Shown here in pieces: positions 25,901 to 39,325 of a stretch of DNA of 64,000 nucleotides. The DNA lies in contig OX597820.1 of assembly GCA_951406725.2 (NCBI GenBank), forward strand, positions 89,528,001 to 89,592,000, read 5' to 3'. The position numbers and the translations under genes are program-made. How positions within the stretch are numbered: the first letter of the stretch is position 1; each line of letters begins with the position of its first letter. The notes under the pieces are model-generated. The model ran no database searches and had not been told where the DNA came from. It saw only the letters and a program-made list of their open reading frames with translations. Source of the stretch: Octopus vulgaris. Its lineage: Eukaryota.

Positions 25901-27604
25901 GTTTTAGAGGACTGAAATATTATCTGACATTTAAAAAGAAGTTAGATGTTAGTTCATGTGACATCATTATTCTTGGAGGTTCTAACGTTGGTTGTCTCAC
26001 ATCTATGTTGCTTCATACCAAAGCAAAACTAATGATGGGGCCAACTTAGTCGCTTGATCTGCTAGAAAGAGTAAATAGCTATCCTTCAAATTACACCCTA
26101 CTGTTTGAAAAAGGGAAACCTGAAATAAGCCAATCATATATACACTATGCTTCTAAAGAAAAGACGAAATGGTCGCGACATGAAATGCTGAGAGCTGCTT
26201 GATCACTGCTGGCCCAGGGCTGAAGAGGAGCAACAGTAGCGCATCAACGATGCTGGAATAATCTCGACTAGAAACCCTCATTTGCTGATGATAGTTTTTT
26301 TTGTTGATCATTTGGTTTAGTTATTAATCAACCATGAGCAACATTCTGTTTAACCTACAACCTCAACAGTAAATACTACTACACTTCTTTTCTTTATACT
26401 TGATAATTCCAAAAGCTAAACTCCAACCTGACTTGCGCAATAACCTCCACGTTTATCTCTAAGAATCTATAAAATTGAAGAGAAGAGAATTCCATAGATG
26501 TCGGAAACGTAGAAAAGAAATATTCTTCAAATTTGATCCGATAATTTCTATTCAGTAGTGCTTATCAGTTTGTCAATGATCTATACTGGTAGCTTGATTT
26601 TACTGAAACATCCACTGATGTAACTGATGATAAAGAAATACTAGTGTATGCAACTTTAAAAATATAACCAACTTTTCACAAAGAAAGTTACATAATTGAT
26701 GAGAGATGCCGTTTTGTCCGGTTCAATACATTATCTCTAATCTTTACATGTTAGTTTCTTTGACATAAGAATCATTGTTCAGAGAAATTGCTTGAATTTT
26801 TCACATAAATAATATGAAGTATCTTTTATGAAGCTTTTAACCCAGCAGAGTGGCTGCACCAATAGCTGACATTGTTGACTGAGACACGTGACTCTTTCTT
26901 AGCTGAGACACTGTAAACAAAGACATATTTCTTTATGTATTTTCTTAGCCATAATTCAAAATCGTTCTTGTTTTGCTTTTCTCTATTTATCATTCTACGA
27001 GTTTAAATCTTTTCCTTGATGTATGACATGCAATATATTTTTATGTAATAGTTTCGACATACGAAGATGCATTCTTTCATGAAATCTCGTTCAAACTAAG
27101 CTTTGTGTTTTACTTATTACTTCATGCCAATGAATGGTGTAAGGCTGTTATGAAATATCTGAACGGTTAACGTATTAGATCACCGGCAAATAATACTTGA
27201 GTTCAAATCCATTAAAAACCACATGCTAAAATTGTGGTTAAAACACTTTATTCTACATTGCTTCAATTCACCTACATATCAGACATACGTCAACCAGTAA
27301 AAAAATAAAAAAAACAATAATAGATTTTGATCACCCACTAGCACTTTCTGCAGATTACTAAATTTCAAAAGAAATACGATTAAACCTAAACCCCCACCTG
27401 ATTTAACACTACATCCTGGTACTTAAGTTATTTTACTGGAGTCTACACTTTTGAAAACATTCCAGTCGGGTTTCTGTTATGAAGATGGTTTCGTCACACC
27501 AGTCTCGGATCTCCTGAAAAAGGGTCTTGGGTATTGATCTTCCTCCTCTACCATTAAAAAGGGATTACACTAAAAGTTAGTTAGATATATAAGATATTCA
27601 GTCG

Positions 27605-27758
27605 AAGGCGTGGCCGTGTGGTAGAAGCTTGTTTCCCGACCGCATAATTCCGAATCCAGCCCCACTGCGTGACTCCTTGGTCAAGTGTCTTCTACTTTAG
27701 CCTCAGGTCGACAAAACTTTGTGATTAGATTTGTTTGACGGAAACTGAAAGAAAGCCG

Positions 27759-27804
<46 letters not shown>

Positions 27805-28140
27805 TTGCGGCCAAAATGTTCAGAACGGCATTGTTTTCGTCAGGAAAGTAGGTATAAGTTTTTATCAAAATTGTTTTATATTCTATAGTTTTCACAGATA
27901 ATAAATACGATATGAATTGTTATTGTCTGAAATTTTGGTGTAATTTGAGAGGATAATACAAAAGTTATTACCGCGCTTGGCAACCGTTATTGTTGTGGTC
28001 ACTTCCCCATAACTTGTTCGGCAAAAGGAAGCAACAGAATAAGTTATGGGGTCGATATATTCGACTAAAATACTTCAAATTGGTGCCCCAGCATAGTCGC
28101 AGTTAAATGGCCGATACAGGTAAAAGAGAAAGGATAAAAG
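27605..28140 (+). mobile_element. SINE family 2 split at its internal (TA)n by a Tc1-like end
   Basis: Head 27605-27762 and tail ~27985-28140 match the family-2 copy at 20085-20535. Confidence 0.7.
27802..27975. mobile_element. Tc1-like terminal fragment
   Basis: TA followed by CAGTTGCGGCCAAAA, a typical Tc1 TIR start; no partner TIR seen. Confidence 0.45.
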
Positions 28141-28199
28141 ATGCTGTATACAAAAGTTTTAGCATTTCATATTTTCATAAATCTAGCATCAGAATTTTA

Positions 28200-30545
28200 A
28201 TATAACTACAAGGGCCAAACGTTTTCTGGGAGTGGTATGATGAGATAGTGAATTTAATGGAAGCCCAGTGTTTGATTAACAATCAATTTTATTATCCAAG
28301 AGAATAAAAGATAAAGTCCACTTCAGCGAGATTTGAACTCAGAATGTAAAGGAACGTGACGAAATACCGTGCAGTATTATATTTTCTTCTATGCTTTACC
28401 GAAACTGCCTTCTAATCACCGTCGTATAGTCAATGATCGCTAATATAAAAACAATGACACAGTTTTGGATGGCTAAATCGCCCCCAGTTCTTGAGTAGTA
28501 CTTTATTTCATCGAATGAAAGATGAAGGGCAAAGTTGAAAGCCACCAGGGTGTAAGCAAACGTCTAAACCGTTTGGCCATTCCTGTGCCATTTTTAATCA
28601 TCCCAATACGTAGGCTAATAAGAGCTATTAGAGGAATGCAATAAGATTCTCTTGTGTAATAACTCAGAAGATCTTACTGTACACATTGGGCTATATTTTT
28701 AAAACTGCTTCGTGCCATACAGCCCATTGATACAACTATGCCCATTAAGTTTTCTGGTTCCTTTGTACAGCTTCTGTAGCATTCTCAATGAGAAGAAGTT
28801 CTAGATTCCTAACCTAAACCGTTTCTATTTCATGGGGGAAAGGCCTTAAAACCCTCTTACAACGCATCGTACCAAGAATAGTACCCCAGTAGTTGGTTGG
28901 TGCATTATTACCCAATCCCTGCACTATGAAAGGCATAGTCAACCTTGATTGGATTTCAGCTCAAAACGCGAGAGCTGGATCAATTACAGCTGCATATTTG
29001 CCCAAGGATGTAGCGATTCTACCAATCGTAAGCATCAAATATTGCAAAGTATTTTCAATTAATGTATAGTGTTGGACTGAAATCCTTTCAAGAGCTTCGA
29101 ATAATGTATTGTAAAACGATATATTAACATTTATTGAGTTGAATATACTGATTTATAGTTACTTTCTCTACGGCAGTTGAAGGGATACATCTCTTGTACT
29201 ACACTGATATCACATTAATATTATCTGTCTGTTAAAATGCTTAGCAGTATTTAGTACTTCTGTACGTTCTGAGTTCAAATTCTGTCGAGGCCGAATTTGG
29301 CTTTTATCTTTTCGTGGGTCGATAAAATAAGTACAAGTTGAGCACTATCATTATCTTCTGCATCAAAATTACTGGCCTTGTGCCAAAATTTGAAACCGAT
29401 ATTATCTTTCTGTTAAAATGTTTAGCGGCATTTCGTCCGTCTGCACATTCTGAGCACAAATTCCGCCGGGGTTGTCTTCGACTTTCACCGTTTCGAGGTC
29501 ACTAAATAATTACCAGTTGAATTCTGGAGTCGATGTCATTAAATCAGCCCCTCCCTCGAAATTACTAGCCTTGTGCCCTCGTATCATTCACTCAAATGTA
29601 TATATTATCTCTGAAAGGGATCTTCATTTAAAAGGGATAAAGTTAAAAATTCTTTTCTATTTCTCGAAGACTGAAATCCAGCAGTACAAGTTAATGCAAT
29701 ATAAACTACTTTCTAGAGCAGCCACTAATTATAACGCTGAACCACACGAGTCAACGAGGTTGTTTCTGTATAGCAACCGAATATGTTGGAAGTGCAACCA
29801 AATCCATTGCCACCAAATCCATTGCAAACCAAACCCCTTCCATCTTGAATTAAAAACAAATATTGTCTTGAAAACTTTGTTTGAAAAATAGATGTGATGG
29901 TCATGGTTGAAACATTTCAATCAAAGATATAACTAATCAGAGATGACGTGCGCAAAAAAAAAAAAAAAACTGAACTGTACTTATATATCATTATCTTTAA
30001 TAAACTGAACCTAGCCGTCGAATATAATTTTTAGAAGCAAATGTGTTTCCAGAAGGTAGGAGCAAATATTTTTTCCAATCACAAGAATTTATGGAGTTGG
30101 TACTCATCAGTGTTAAAAAGATAAGAAAATTTTTTTTCCATGGCCAAAACGATGATCCATTTATTTTATCGCTAGCGATATTTAGCTGGAAGCAACAACT
30201 AATAGAAAATCAACACTGTGTACTCCTTCAGCCTCAAGCTGACGCCGTAGCGACGTGACCAATGTAAGTTGATAATAATTTATGTCTAAACTGACTGCCA
30301 CAACTAGCATTATTATGTGATAAAAGACAAATGACCAACTTGGTAGAGTCGTTAGAGGGTCGGACAAAATGCTTAGCAACATTTTCTCCGACTCTTTATG
30401 CTTTTATTTAAAAAATCGTCGAACTATCAACTGTGTTATTCATCCTTTGAGGTCTATAAAATGAAATACCTCTCAAGTACTGAGATCGATGTAATCGACT
30501 TGCCCCTCCACTCAAAATTACAGGCCTTGTACCAAAATTAGAAAG
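28200..30545. mobile_element. Cluster of degenerate SINE family 1 copies (~28200-28400 -, ~28460-28545 -, ~28880-29030 -, 29233-29398 +, 29413-29580 +, 30340-30545 +)
   Basis: Repeated tttgaactcagaa / ttctgagttcaaatt and ggccttgtgccaaaatttgaa motifs. Confidence 0.7.
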
Positions 30546-31729
30546 AATTATGTAAATGACGTTAAACTAAGCAGCAGATCATGTCAGTGTTACATAAAGA
30601 GAAGCGAACTCCAATGTTTCAAACCGATCGTTAGAAGACTGATCTCTGCTTTCTTCCGTATTTTCTTAGAATTGTAGAAGCTGCTGTTATTTAGTTACAG
30701 TACGCTTCTGGTTGAGCAAATATATGTGCTCGTACTTCTTTTAAACGGTCGGATGTGATCTGAAGGAACTTTGTGTGCTATTTCTAGCAATTCGATTGAC
30801 TCCATAGAGGCTTCTTCATTGGCTCATATTGATATTAACGTCATTCCAAACGCAGATTATACCGTATCTATAACACACTTGGCGGATATATAACCAGTCG
30901 AACGAATAAGTGCGGTCGACATATCAACGGTTCCAGAAATACCGTGTCTCTGTTTATCTGTGGCCGTAGTATACACTCAAAGACGCAGTTGTTTATCGAA
31001 TTTGAGTGTCTAGCTTTGATTTTTGTTTGTTTAACATTCTACTTTCTCAAAATAAATATATCCATAAAATTAAAAATTTTTATGAAGCAAAATATATCCA
31101 AGCTTGTTAAAAAAAAAACTTGGTAAAATTTCTGGCAACTTTTATTCATTGATTAGTTAAATATTTATTATTTCTATGTATTTTAATGATCGTTAAAAAA
31201 AGGAACGAATAAAATTATAAGTAAAACGTTCAGAGTATTTTACACACTACTTATGTATGATGTAGATAATCAGTTATAGATTTTCTGTCCAAAGCGAGTA
31301 CCAAAATCAAATTTGTATTTAAACAGGTCATTTATTATATTGTGCCATAATTTGGTTTCCAGTCTAGGCAGGAGGCCAATTTTTCCAAAAGAGGTTTATA
31401 ATCGATTAAATCAACACCCAATGTACTACTAATGAGGACATGGAATATTGAAACGTCAGGGTGTATGACAACTGACTGAGAGGTCTGTGTTTCATATCAT
31501 ATTACCAGCATTGTATAACGTCCGTCAGAGGCCAAGATATTTAACTTAAATATTTGCATTTTAACTCTGTTTGTGCTTAGACGATATTCTACCGACAGAA
31601 TTCTTCCCGAAGTATGCTGCAGCAACACTATAAAATTTACAATTGTGTACTTAGCTCTTTCTTTAGCTAAACTGTCCAACACCCTCAAGTGACATTATAC
31701 AAACACATTTGTGGTGTCACACCAACCAG

Positions 31730-32019
31730 TATTTTAATTCTTACATCTTTACAAAGCCACAAATCTTGAAGGGAGAGCAATGTAGCCAATTATACAGACC
31801 TACGTATAACTGTCGGAGCCCTGGGAACAGTGAGTAAACATCTTGAGAAGTACGAGGAACAAATAGGGGCTGTAATAAGGGTGGAGGGCTTGCAGAAAAC
31901 ATCACTGCTTGGAACCGCTCGAATACTTCGTATGCTGCTCGAAAACTTAGTTCGCTGGTAGTGTACAGCTGACAACGTAGTATATACCCAGCGTTAGAAG
32001 CTGTGCGAAGATAATAAAA

Positions 32020-32020
<1 letters not shown>
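31730..32020 (+). mobile_element. 3' fragment of the R4/Dong-like family found at 5362-8575
   Basis: VGALGTVSKHLEKY…LQKTSLLGTARILR. The 3' UTR (cagctgacaacgtag…agctgt) matches 5365-5430 reversed. Followed by (CTA)n(TAA)n. Confidence 0.85.
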
Positions 32021-32078
<58 letters not shown>

Positions 32079-32104
32079 ATAATAATAATAATAATAATAT
32101 TAAT

Positions 32105-32137
<33 letters not shown>
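32021..32137. repeat. (CTA)n(TAA)n microsatellite
   Basis: Seen directly in the sequence. Confidence 0.95.
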
Positions 32138-33961
32138 TCTTTCTAATATAGGCGCACTTATTGATAGTATCATGGTCCTTTAAGTGCCAGATGTAAGCTG
32201 TTGTGGTTAAATCTTAATATAGACGTTTATTTAGGATTAGATTTGTCTGTCATTTGCTTAACGTAACTGAAATCAGAAATAAGCATTAACTCAATGAGTG
32301 TATAAAATGTGAAGCTGAATAAAAACAAAAGATCCTATTGTGTTAGATATGTGCGCTCAGGAGAATTTGATGCTGAGCTGCAATAAATTCGATTGCAGTG
32401 AGGCATAGAAAAAGCTGACATTTCAGTCAATGGCTTTTCGATAGAGTGAATTAGATTATTGCCTGGGCAACAACGTTCCTAAACCTAGCACGGGTATTAA
32501 AATGCCCCTAATATATAAATGCTTAATTGAAAACAGGTGTTTTAATAAGTATGAAGGTCTTTCGAAACTATCTCGACATGCATCTCATTTGAAGTACACT
32601 CAATTTGAAGGTGGTCATGTTCAAAAACACTTTGTGATGATCGTTTGGTGGCATTAGATGAGATCCTAAAAGGGTTAACCCTGCTGGTCGTTGTTGTTGT
32701 TGTTGTTAAGCAACAAGACGGGTAAGGGTGATTAGGTGATGGTCTAGGGTTTAGGGGCGGGGGACCCTAGACCTTGGAAAAAAACTTTGGTCGTCTTGTT
32801 GTAGTCGAGGGCTCTCCGTAGACGCTCGACACCACTGGGAGGTGGCCCTCGAACTCGCTGGAAATGGAGATCTCCAGGTCCAAATTCTTGGACGGCTAGC
32901 TCTGCTGGTAAACCTGCAAGCATTGATAAGATAGATAACAGTAAAGGACTGATGCTAATATTACAGACTTTTCTTTCAATTTTCGCCCTTGCAAAGTAAT
33001 ATTAGATCAGCGCTGTGATAGAATCAATTGAACATTTCCAAGTATTTGGTTTCGTCCATCTTTTACCAGACTTTATAACCTGAAGAAGTTAACTGCTTTT
33101 CTTCTTTCTGGGATTGTCAGAATAAGCAGCACTCATATAACACATTAGTTATAATTCACTAGAAACGTAGTAAACAAAATTGTGGCCATATACCAATTTG
33201 AGAAAAAAAGCAATTATTTTGACTTTACTGACACTGTCAACTGTCTGCAGTTTCAGTGTATAGAAATGTTGCAATAATTTGCGCAAATGTTAGCAATATC
33301 TTTCATCTATTACAGAGAAAGCGCAGCAGATTTTCATTTCAAGACATGCCTTACCTAAATATTATAAGAATAGACAGACAATAAACATGTCACTTGATTT
33401 TCATTTGAAATCGGAAAAAGCTTTTGTAAGGGGCCAAAACGATCTAAAGAAACGTTTAGAATTCATGGTTTGCATATAGTTCAGACCAAACCGTATGCCG
33501 TTATACATTACAGCGTTCAAAGTGCATGCAGTAATTATATTAATATTTAAGAGATATGTAATTAACGGCTTTAGAAAAAAAATCCATAAACAAAGCGTGT
33601 AAATCATAATTTTCTTCGAGGTAAATATGATTTATAAGACAACAAAAGCAACGATTTCCTAGATATTTTTTTCTCTAATTTCTAAATTTCAAAAGATATT
33701 TTAAACTTCCATGTGAACTTAGCCTCTGACGCTCCGGTAATTGCTAATGTCATTTCCTGTGTATCTCAAAGTCAAAAAGATTGATAACAACTGGTGTCAC
33801 AATTTTGATCATTTTAAAGAGGGATAGGGAATAGTATGTATGTATGTATGTATGTATTCTATCAGTATGTATGTGGTCGTGTGTGTGTGTGTGTTCGTAT
33901 GTATGTATGTATGTATGTATGTATGTATGTATGTATGTATGTATGTATGTATGTATGCATC

Positions 33962-34558
33962 TATGTATATACTTCTGGAAATCTTTACACATTTTTACAC
34001 TTGCAGTGATGGATTGGATCTGTTGTCTTCGAATTAGCTTTCTATTTTCTGGTTTTGAGAAGTCTAATTTCTCAAAATTGATATTTAGGCAGTGTGTTAC
34101 ATATCCCAGCCCCAATAATTACAGGTATAAACCTGAACTTGTAGTCTGGATAGAGTAACTGCAGTTTTCTCAACAGATCAGCGTAGGTGTTCTTTTTTTC
34201 ACTGATCTGGGCAGCTAATTTCCACAACTGAGCAGTTTCTCTTCTCTATCCCAATTCATCATAAGTCTGTTGTGCTTACATTTTACTGATGTCACCACTG
34301 CTACATTCCATCAGTATTCCTTTTTATTATGAGTGGCTATGGCTGCTACCATATTGTGGGTTCTTATTTCTTTGTCCTCGGAATTATCCACAAAGTCTGC
34401 ATCGGATGTTAAACGGTTTTACCTGCATATCTATCCCTTTTGTGCATCAGGTACTTGATTGATATTTCCTGTTACTGGATTGCAAACGCATACTCTTCGG
34501 CTATTGGTCCATGATAAACTGCTTTGATGATCAATGTTACTATCATCACGGAGCTTTC
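33962..34558 (-). mobile_element. R4-like retrotransposon 3' fragment within (TACA)n
   Basis: EEYAFAIQ*QEISIKYL…, ENTYADLLRKLQLLYPDYKF…GYVTHCL…LIRRQQIQSIT; flanked on both sides by (TATG)n. Confidence 0.8.
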
Positions 34559-34589
<31 letters not shown>

Positions 34590-34649
34590 TGTATGTATGT
34601 ATGTATGTATGTATGTATGTATGTATGTATGTATGTATGTATGTATGAT

Positions 34650-35410
34650 GCTCCTTTCATGATCGAAAGAGCGCATCACTGGCCATAGCGCTATGCTAGA
34701 TTCCAATAATGCCTGTGAATGATGTTATTGTATCAGAACTCGGCTTTACCCGGGTTCACGATTGCGGCTTTCTACTTAACAGGACATCGGATAGTTGCTT
34801 GGCAGACGATCACTCAACCTAAAATTTTAGGTCCAATAAGGTTTTCACCGTAGCTAATTGGATCTTTCCTCTCTAACATCATGATCCAGAGATGCGCCAT
34901 GCAAGATATCCAGTGACAATATAGGTAGCAGGTTCACCAACGTAGGAGCGCCATGTCAAATGCTGTTCCCTGCATATCTGGTTTTATATCAATGTGACCT
35001 TATAGAAACATGCTTTCAGAAGAGCTAAGAAGTTCTTTACTTCCGGTAGTCCTTTCAGGAAAGGAGGAAATGTAGGAATGTGCCGAACAACTTTTACTAA
35101 ACAATGATGTACTGTCTTAAGTAACAAAACAACGCAGTGTGACAGAATGACTTGACTATAAGAAGACATTCGACTCTACCCATCATTCATAGCTGTTGAA
35201 GTAGCTACAACCTTAATAGCTGCTATACAGAGATTCACAAAGATACGAACAACTATTCTTACCCTTACAGCTGAGAACAGAATAATTGTATAGGTATTAC
35301 AAATGGAATATTCCAAAGAGAAACTGACCGTCTAATTCGTACATTACAAATGCAATCTGTGAGTGGAACAATAAAAGTATGCAAGACTTTTCTCAAGTTC
35401 CAAATGTGAA
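34650..35410 (+). mobile_element. Internally deleted R4-like element
   Basis: RT motif CAEQLLLNN…LDYKKTFDS at ~35080-35180 joined to a C-terminal LIRTLQMQSVSGTIKVCKTFLKF. The 5' boundary is uncertain. Confidence 0.55.
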
Positions 35411-35559
35411 TTTGTTTGTGTTAACTATATCCCAAACATGGAGCCTTGTATCTTTATTGAAAACCGACTCCCTCCTCAGTGGAAGATTTATAATAATTAA
35501 AAAATAGAAGAGGTACATACATACATACATACATGCATGCGTAGTACCTGTAAACACAC

Positions 35560-36425
35560 ACGTGTCACTAAAGAATAATACAACTGAATAAAGAAAATTT
35601 GCATTCAATACAGCTGTGGCCCACAATGTGTTTACAGTGCTAGTACTCATACCAACATTTGGATGATTGATGCGATCCAAGCCATTGATGCGAAAACCCG
35701 AAAATTACTAACAAGCACACATAATTTCCACGTAAACAATGACATAGAACGCCTCTACCTAAACTGAAAAGAAAGCGTCAGAGGCTTAACACCGATCCAA
35801 AAGACCTTTGAGAGTTGCATCACATCCTTTCGACACTATATTCTAACCACCAAGTGCTGAAGTGCATGCATCCAAGTTTACATATATGATGCTGATAATA
35901 TCATAACACTTGGAAGGTAGCTCCTTGAGCAACATTCTTTGTCTGATAACGTGGAATACATGCCCAAAAAGTTGCATCGCTCTGCTGCATCGTATCATCA
36001 GATGAAAGAATGAGCCTATATGAGCAGAAGACTATGCATGGATATGTTAGTAAAAAGCTCCCATATGATATTAACGCCGATCATCAAAGCAATTTATCAT
36101 GGACCAATTTCAAGGGTATGTCTTTGCAATCCAGGAACAGAAAATATCAACCAAGTACCTGAAGCCCAGCAGACGTTAACAGAATTTGAAGATCAGTGAA
36201 AAAGAGAACACCTACGCTGAACTATTGAGAAATCTACAGTTACTCTATCCAGACTACAAGTTCAGGTTTATACGTGTAATTATTGGGGCTCTGGGATATG
36301 TAACACACTGCCTAAATATCAATCTTGAGAAATTAGGCTTCTCAAAACCAGAAAATAGAAAGCTAATTCGAAGACAACAGATCCACTCCATCACTGGAAG
36401 TGTAAAAATCTGTATATGCATGAGA
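35560..36425 (+). mobile_element. R4-like retrotransposon fragment within (TACA)n
   Basis: AHNVFTVLVLIPTFG, NFHVNNDIERLYL, MHGY, QEQKIS and IIGALGYVTHCL motifs; highly similar to 33962-34200 in opposite orientation; (TACA)n on both sides. Confidence 0.8.
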
Positions 36426-36466
36426 ATACATACATAAAGCAAAACATACAAATCTGCTCATATACG

Positions 36467-36550
36467 TACATACATACATACATACATACATACATACATA
36501 CATACATACATACATACATACATACATACATACATACATACATACATACA

Positions 36551-36584
<34 letters not shown>

Positions 36585-36638
36585 CATACATACATACATA
36601 CATACACACATACATACATGCATGCATGCATACATACA

Positions 36639-36670
<32 letters not shown>
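36467..36670. repeat. (TACA)n microsatellite
   Basis: Seen directly in the sequence. Confidence 0.95.
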
Positions 36671-36877
36671 AGCAAGCAAAAATACTCTGTTGAAATTCCA
36701 ATGAAAGTGACTTGGATCTAGGTTAGAAACCGGCTCTTTCTCTATTGGCAGGCAAGAAATCTTGAAATAAGCTGAACAATGACATGCATATATACATACA
36801 AACATACATAATACATGCATACATACATATTCATACGTACGTACGTACACACACATACATACATACATGGATACATA

Positions 36878-37690
36878 TAGAGTGTCCAGCCTAAATGTGA
36901 CAGTTTGAATAGAGGAAAAGAAATCACAACGTCGTATCGGACAATAAAATATCATTTAGATATGGGGGATAACAGTTTACTCAAAATAACCACCCTAATT
37001 TTTCACCAGATTTTTAAGATGACTTTGGAAACCGGTGTATGCTTTCCTCCCTGTGTCGTTGGGTAGGAGATATTTGAATGCATCTTTGATCTTGGCCACC
37101 TGATCGAACTTGGTCTTGCCGGCAGAGCAGTGGGTATCTGTTTCAGCAGCTCTCCACTCAGAGATCTATGGTATTACAATCGGGGGGATTACGATGGCAG
37201 AAATTAGGGCGGGTGAATTTGCATAAATTCTCCAGCAAACATGGCCTTCCAGCAGCAACCCACTCAAACCAGATTTTTACCAGTTTTTCACACAGTCGTC
37301 TGAATTGAGGCTAAGACCCTGTTTAAAGTCGTTGGAAGAGGTCCGGCGGGCGGACGCAGTCAGAACGCATGGCGTGTCTAACCTGCTGGACATGCGATCG
37401 TGGTCTCCGTGACAGTTGTCCATGTTTGATGTCTTTTATAGTGTTCATCAGAGCATTGAGCAGCAGTTCTAATATCGGTATCTTCTTACATGGCGCGAAT
37501 CAACATGGTACATGTAACTCTTTTCCAATATTCAGTTGGTTTCCTGTCCTTCATGTCACCTAACTTTTTCTTGAGTACATCTTGAATTTTCATAATTCCA
37601 AAGCCATTGACTTTTCACCAATACATCAAGATGTTTCTGAAAAAACTGTGACATATATAAATCGTCAAATTTAGCCCAAACACGCTGTAT
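36878..37690 (-). mobile_element. Degenerate Tc1/mariner-superfamily element
   Basis: Degenerate TIRs (tatagagtgtccagcctaaatgtgac / gtcaaatttagcccaaacacgctgta). Minus-strand remnant PNFC.RNPPDCNTIDL resembles the WPPxSPDLNPxD motif, followed by VAKIKDAF. Confidence 0.65.
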
Positions 37691-37945
37691 GTAAAAATTT
37701 TGTTAGAAGCAGCTCTAAGGATGTAAACAATATAGATGTCACATATCAAAATATCGATATCTGTCGTTCTCGTTCGCCTACGGGTTGATTCGCTGCGCTT
37801 GGGTTTGAGGTATATAGAGTTTTCTTAGCACTCTACGTTTTAAAGGGACTTTTTCCTGCGCGAAATAGCGCAGCCTAAAAGCGTTTAAACAAAGCACATA
37901 CGTTAAACATGTAACATCAATAATGCATATATATATATAGATATA

Positions 37946-37992
<47 letters not shown>

Positions 37993-39325
37993 ATGCGTGC
38001 ATGTGTATGCGTGTGTGTATTTTATTAGTTAAAAATTCAAAAATAGAAGGCTAATCTTTGTTTAATCAATCGTTTATATTTTACTTTCGGCGATTTGTCC
38101 GCTATTGATTCTATAAGGTTTGTTACAAAACTCAAGGTAACACACTCATATCAATGAATGAAGAATTTTGACTTCTAATTCTCAGAACGTGAGAGACTGC
38201 ATAGAGGATTCTTTACTAGTTCATGAACATAATTTTAGTGACAATAGTGATAGATGAAAGAAAACAATTCTTTTACTTATTGGAATTTAAAATTAATCGG
38301 AGAAAATGGACAAAACTTTCTTTCTTTATTTCTCAGACTATTAAAAATATATAAAACAGTATAAAGTTTAGCGTTTAATAATCATATTAATTGTTGTGCT
38401 ATCTAAATATTTTCATTATAGAAGACTTGCCTTGACAATTCATATTGTAACATGACAGACATCTTTCGTCGATCTCTGATTTCTTTCTATATAAATAACA
38501 TTCTTACTATATTTGCTCTAGCAATTATTTTAACGTTTTACATTTAACGTGTATATCAGGTACTAATACACACGTATCTGTACATTATACAGAATTCTGT
38601 CAGGCTATTTTAACTGCAGACAAAGAAACAACTTAAGAAAAAATTCTACTTCGAAAATTTTTGACGTCGAACAAAGTAACCATATTAAACACCTACTATG
38701 ACCCACCAGTCATTTTTACAGCTGGAAATGTTGTTGCTAATAAAATCTATTTATCATTTATGGACCACATATGTCTAGCTCAGTATTTAACAAGTTATCA
38801 ATTTTGTTCGGTTTAGGCTTCTTAATTTCCTGCAATCCATCAGTTGTTCAATAAAGAAGAGACATTTTTTATATTATGAAAGGAAAATTTCAAATCTAAA
38901 CTATTGTACTTAAAATTCTTATTCACGTCCAATTATCTAAAGTATTTGGTGAGTTGAGGTTAGAAGGTGTTCAATTAGCTCTCTTTCTCTCCCATACTTT
39001 ATTGAACAAACACACACTAAATAAAATAAATAAATATAAATTCTCCGCTTGTTTAAATCCAACATCATTTGTTGGATTTATTTGGTAACCGGCAAAGTTG
39101 TGTTTGTGTCGTTCCATTAACACTCGACCAATAAGTTGAAATTCTTTATTCGATTCTTGTCATGATTACCGGCAAACGATGTTTTGGAGGTTGTTAGCGA
39201 TGTTTAATTTGATGTTTGTAATGTGGAAGAAGGCAGCGTACAGTCTACAGATCAAGAAAATTTATCTGAAAAAGAAAACTCTGCCAAACACTAGAAAAGT
39301 TCAAAAGAGAGTCAAAATCATTGCC

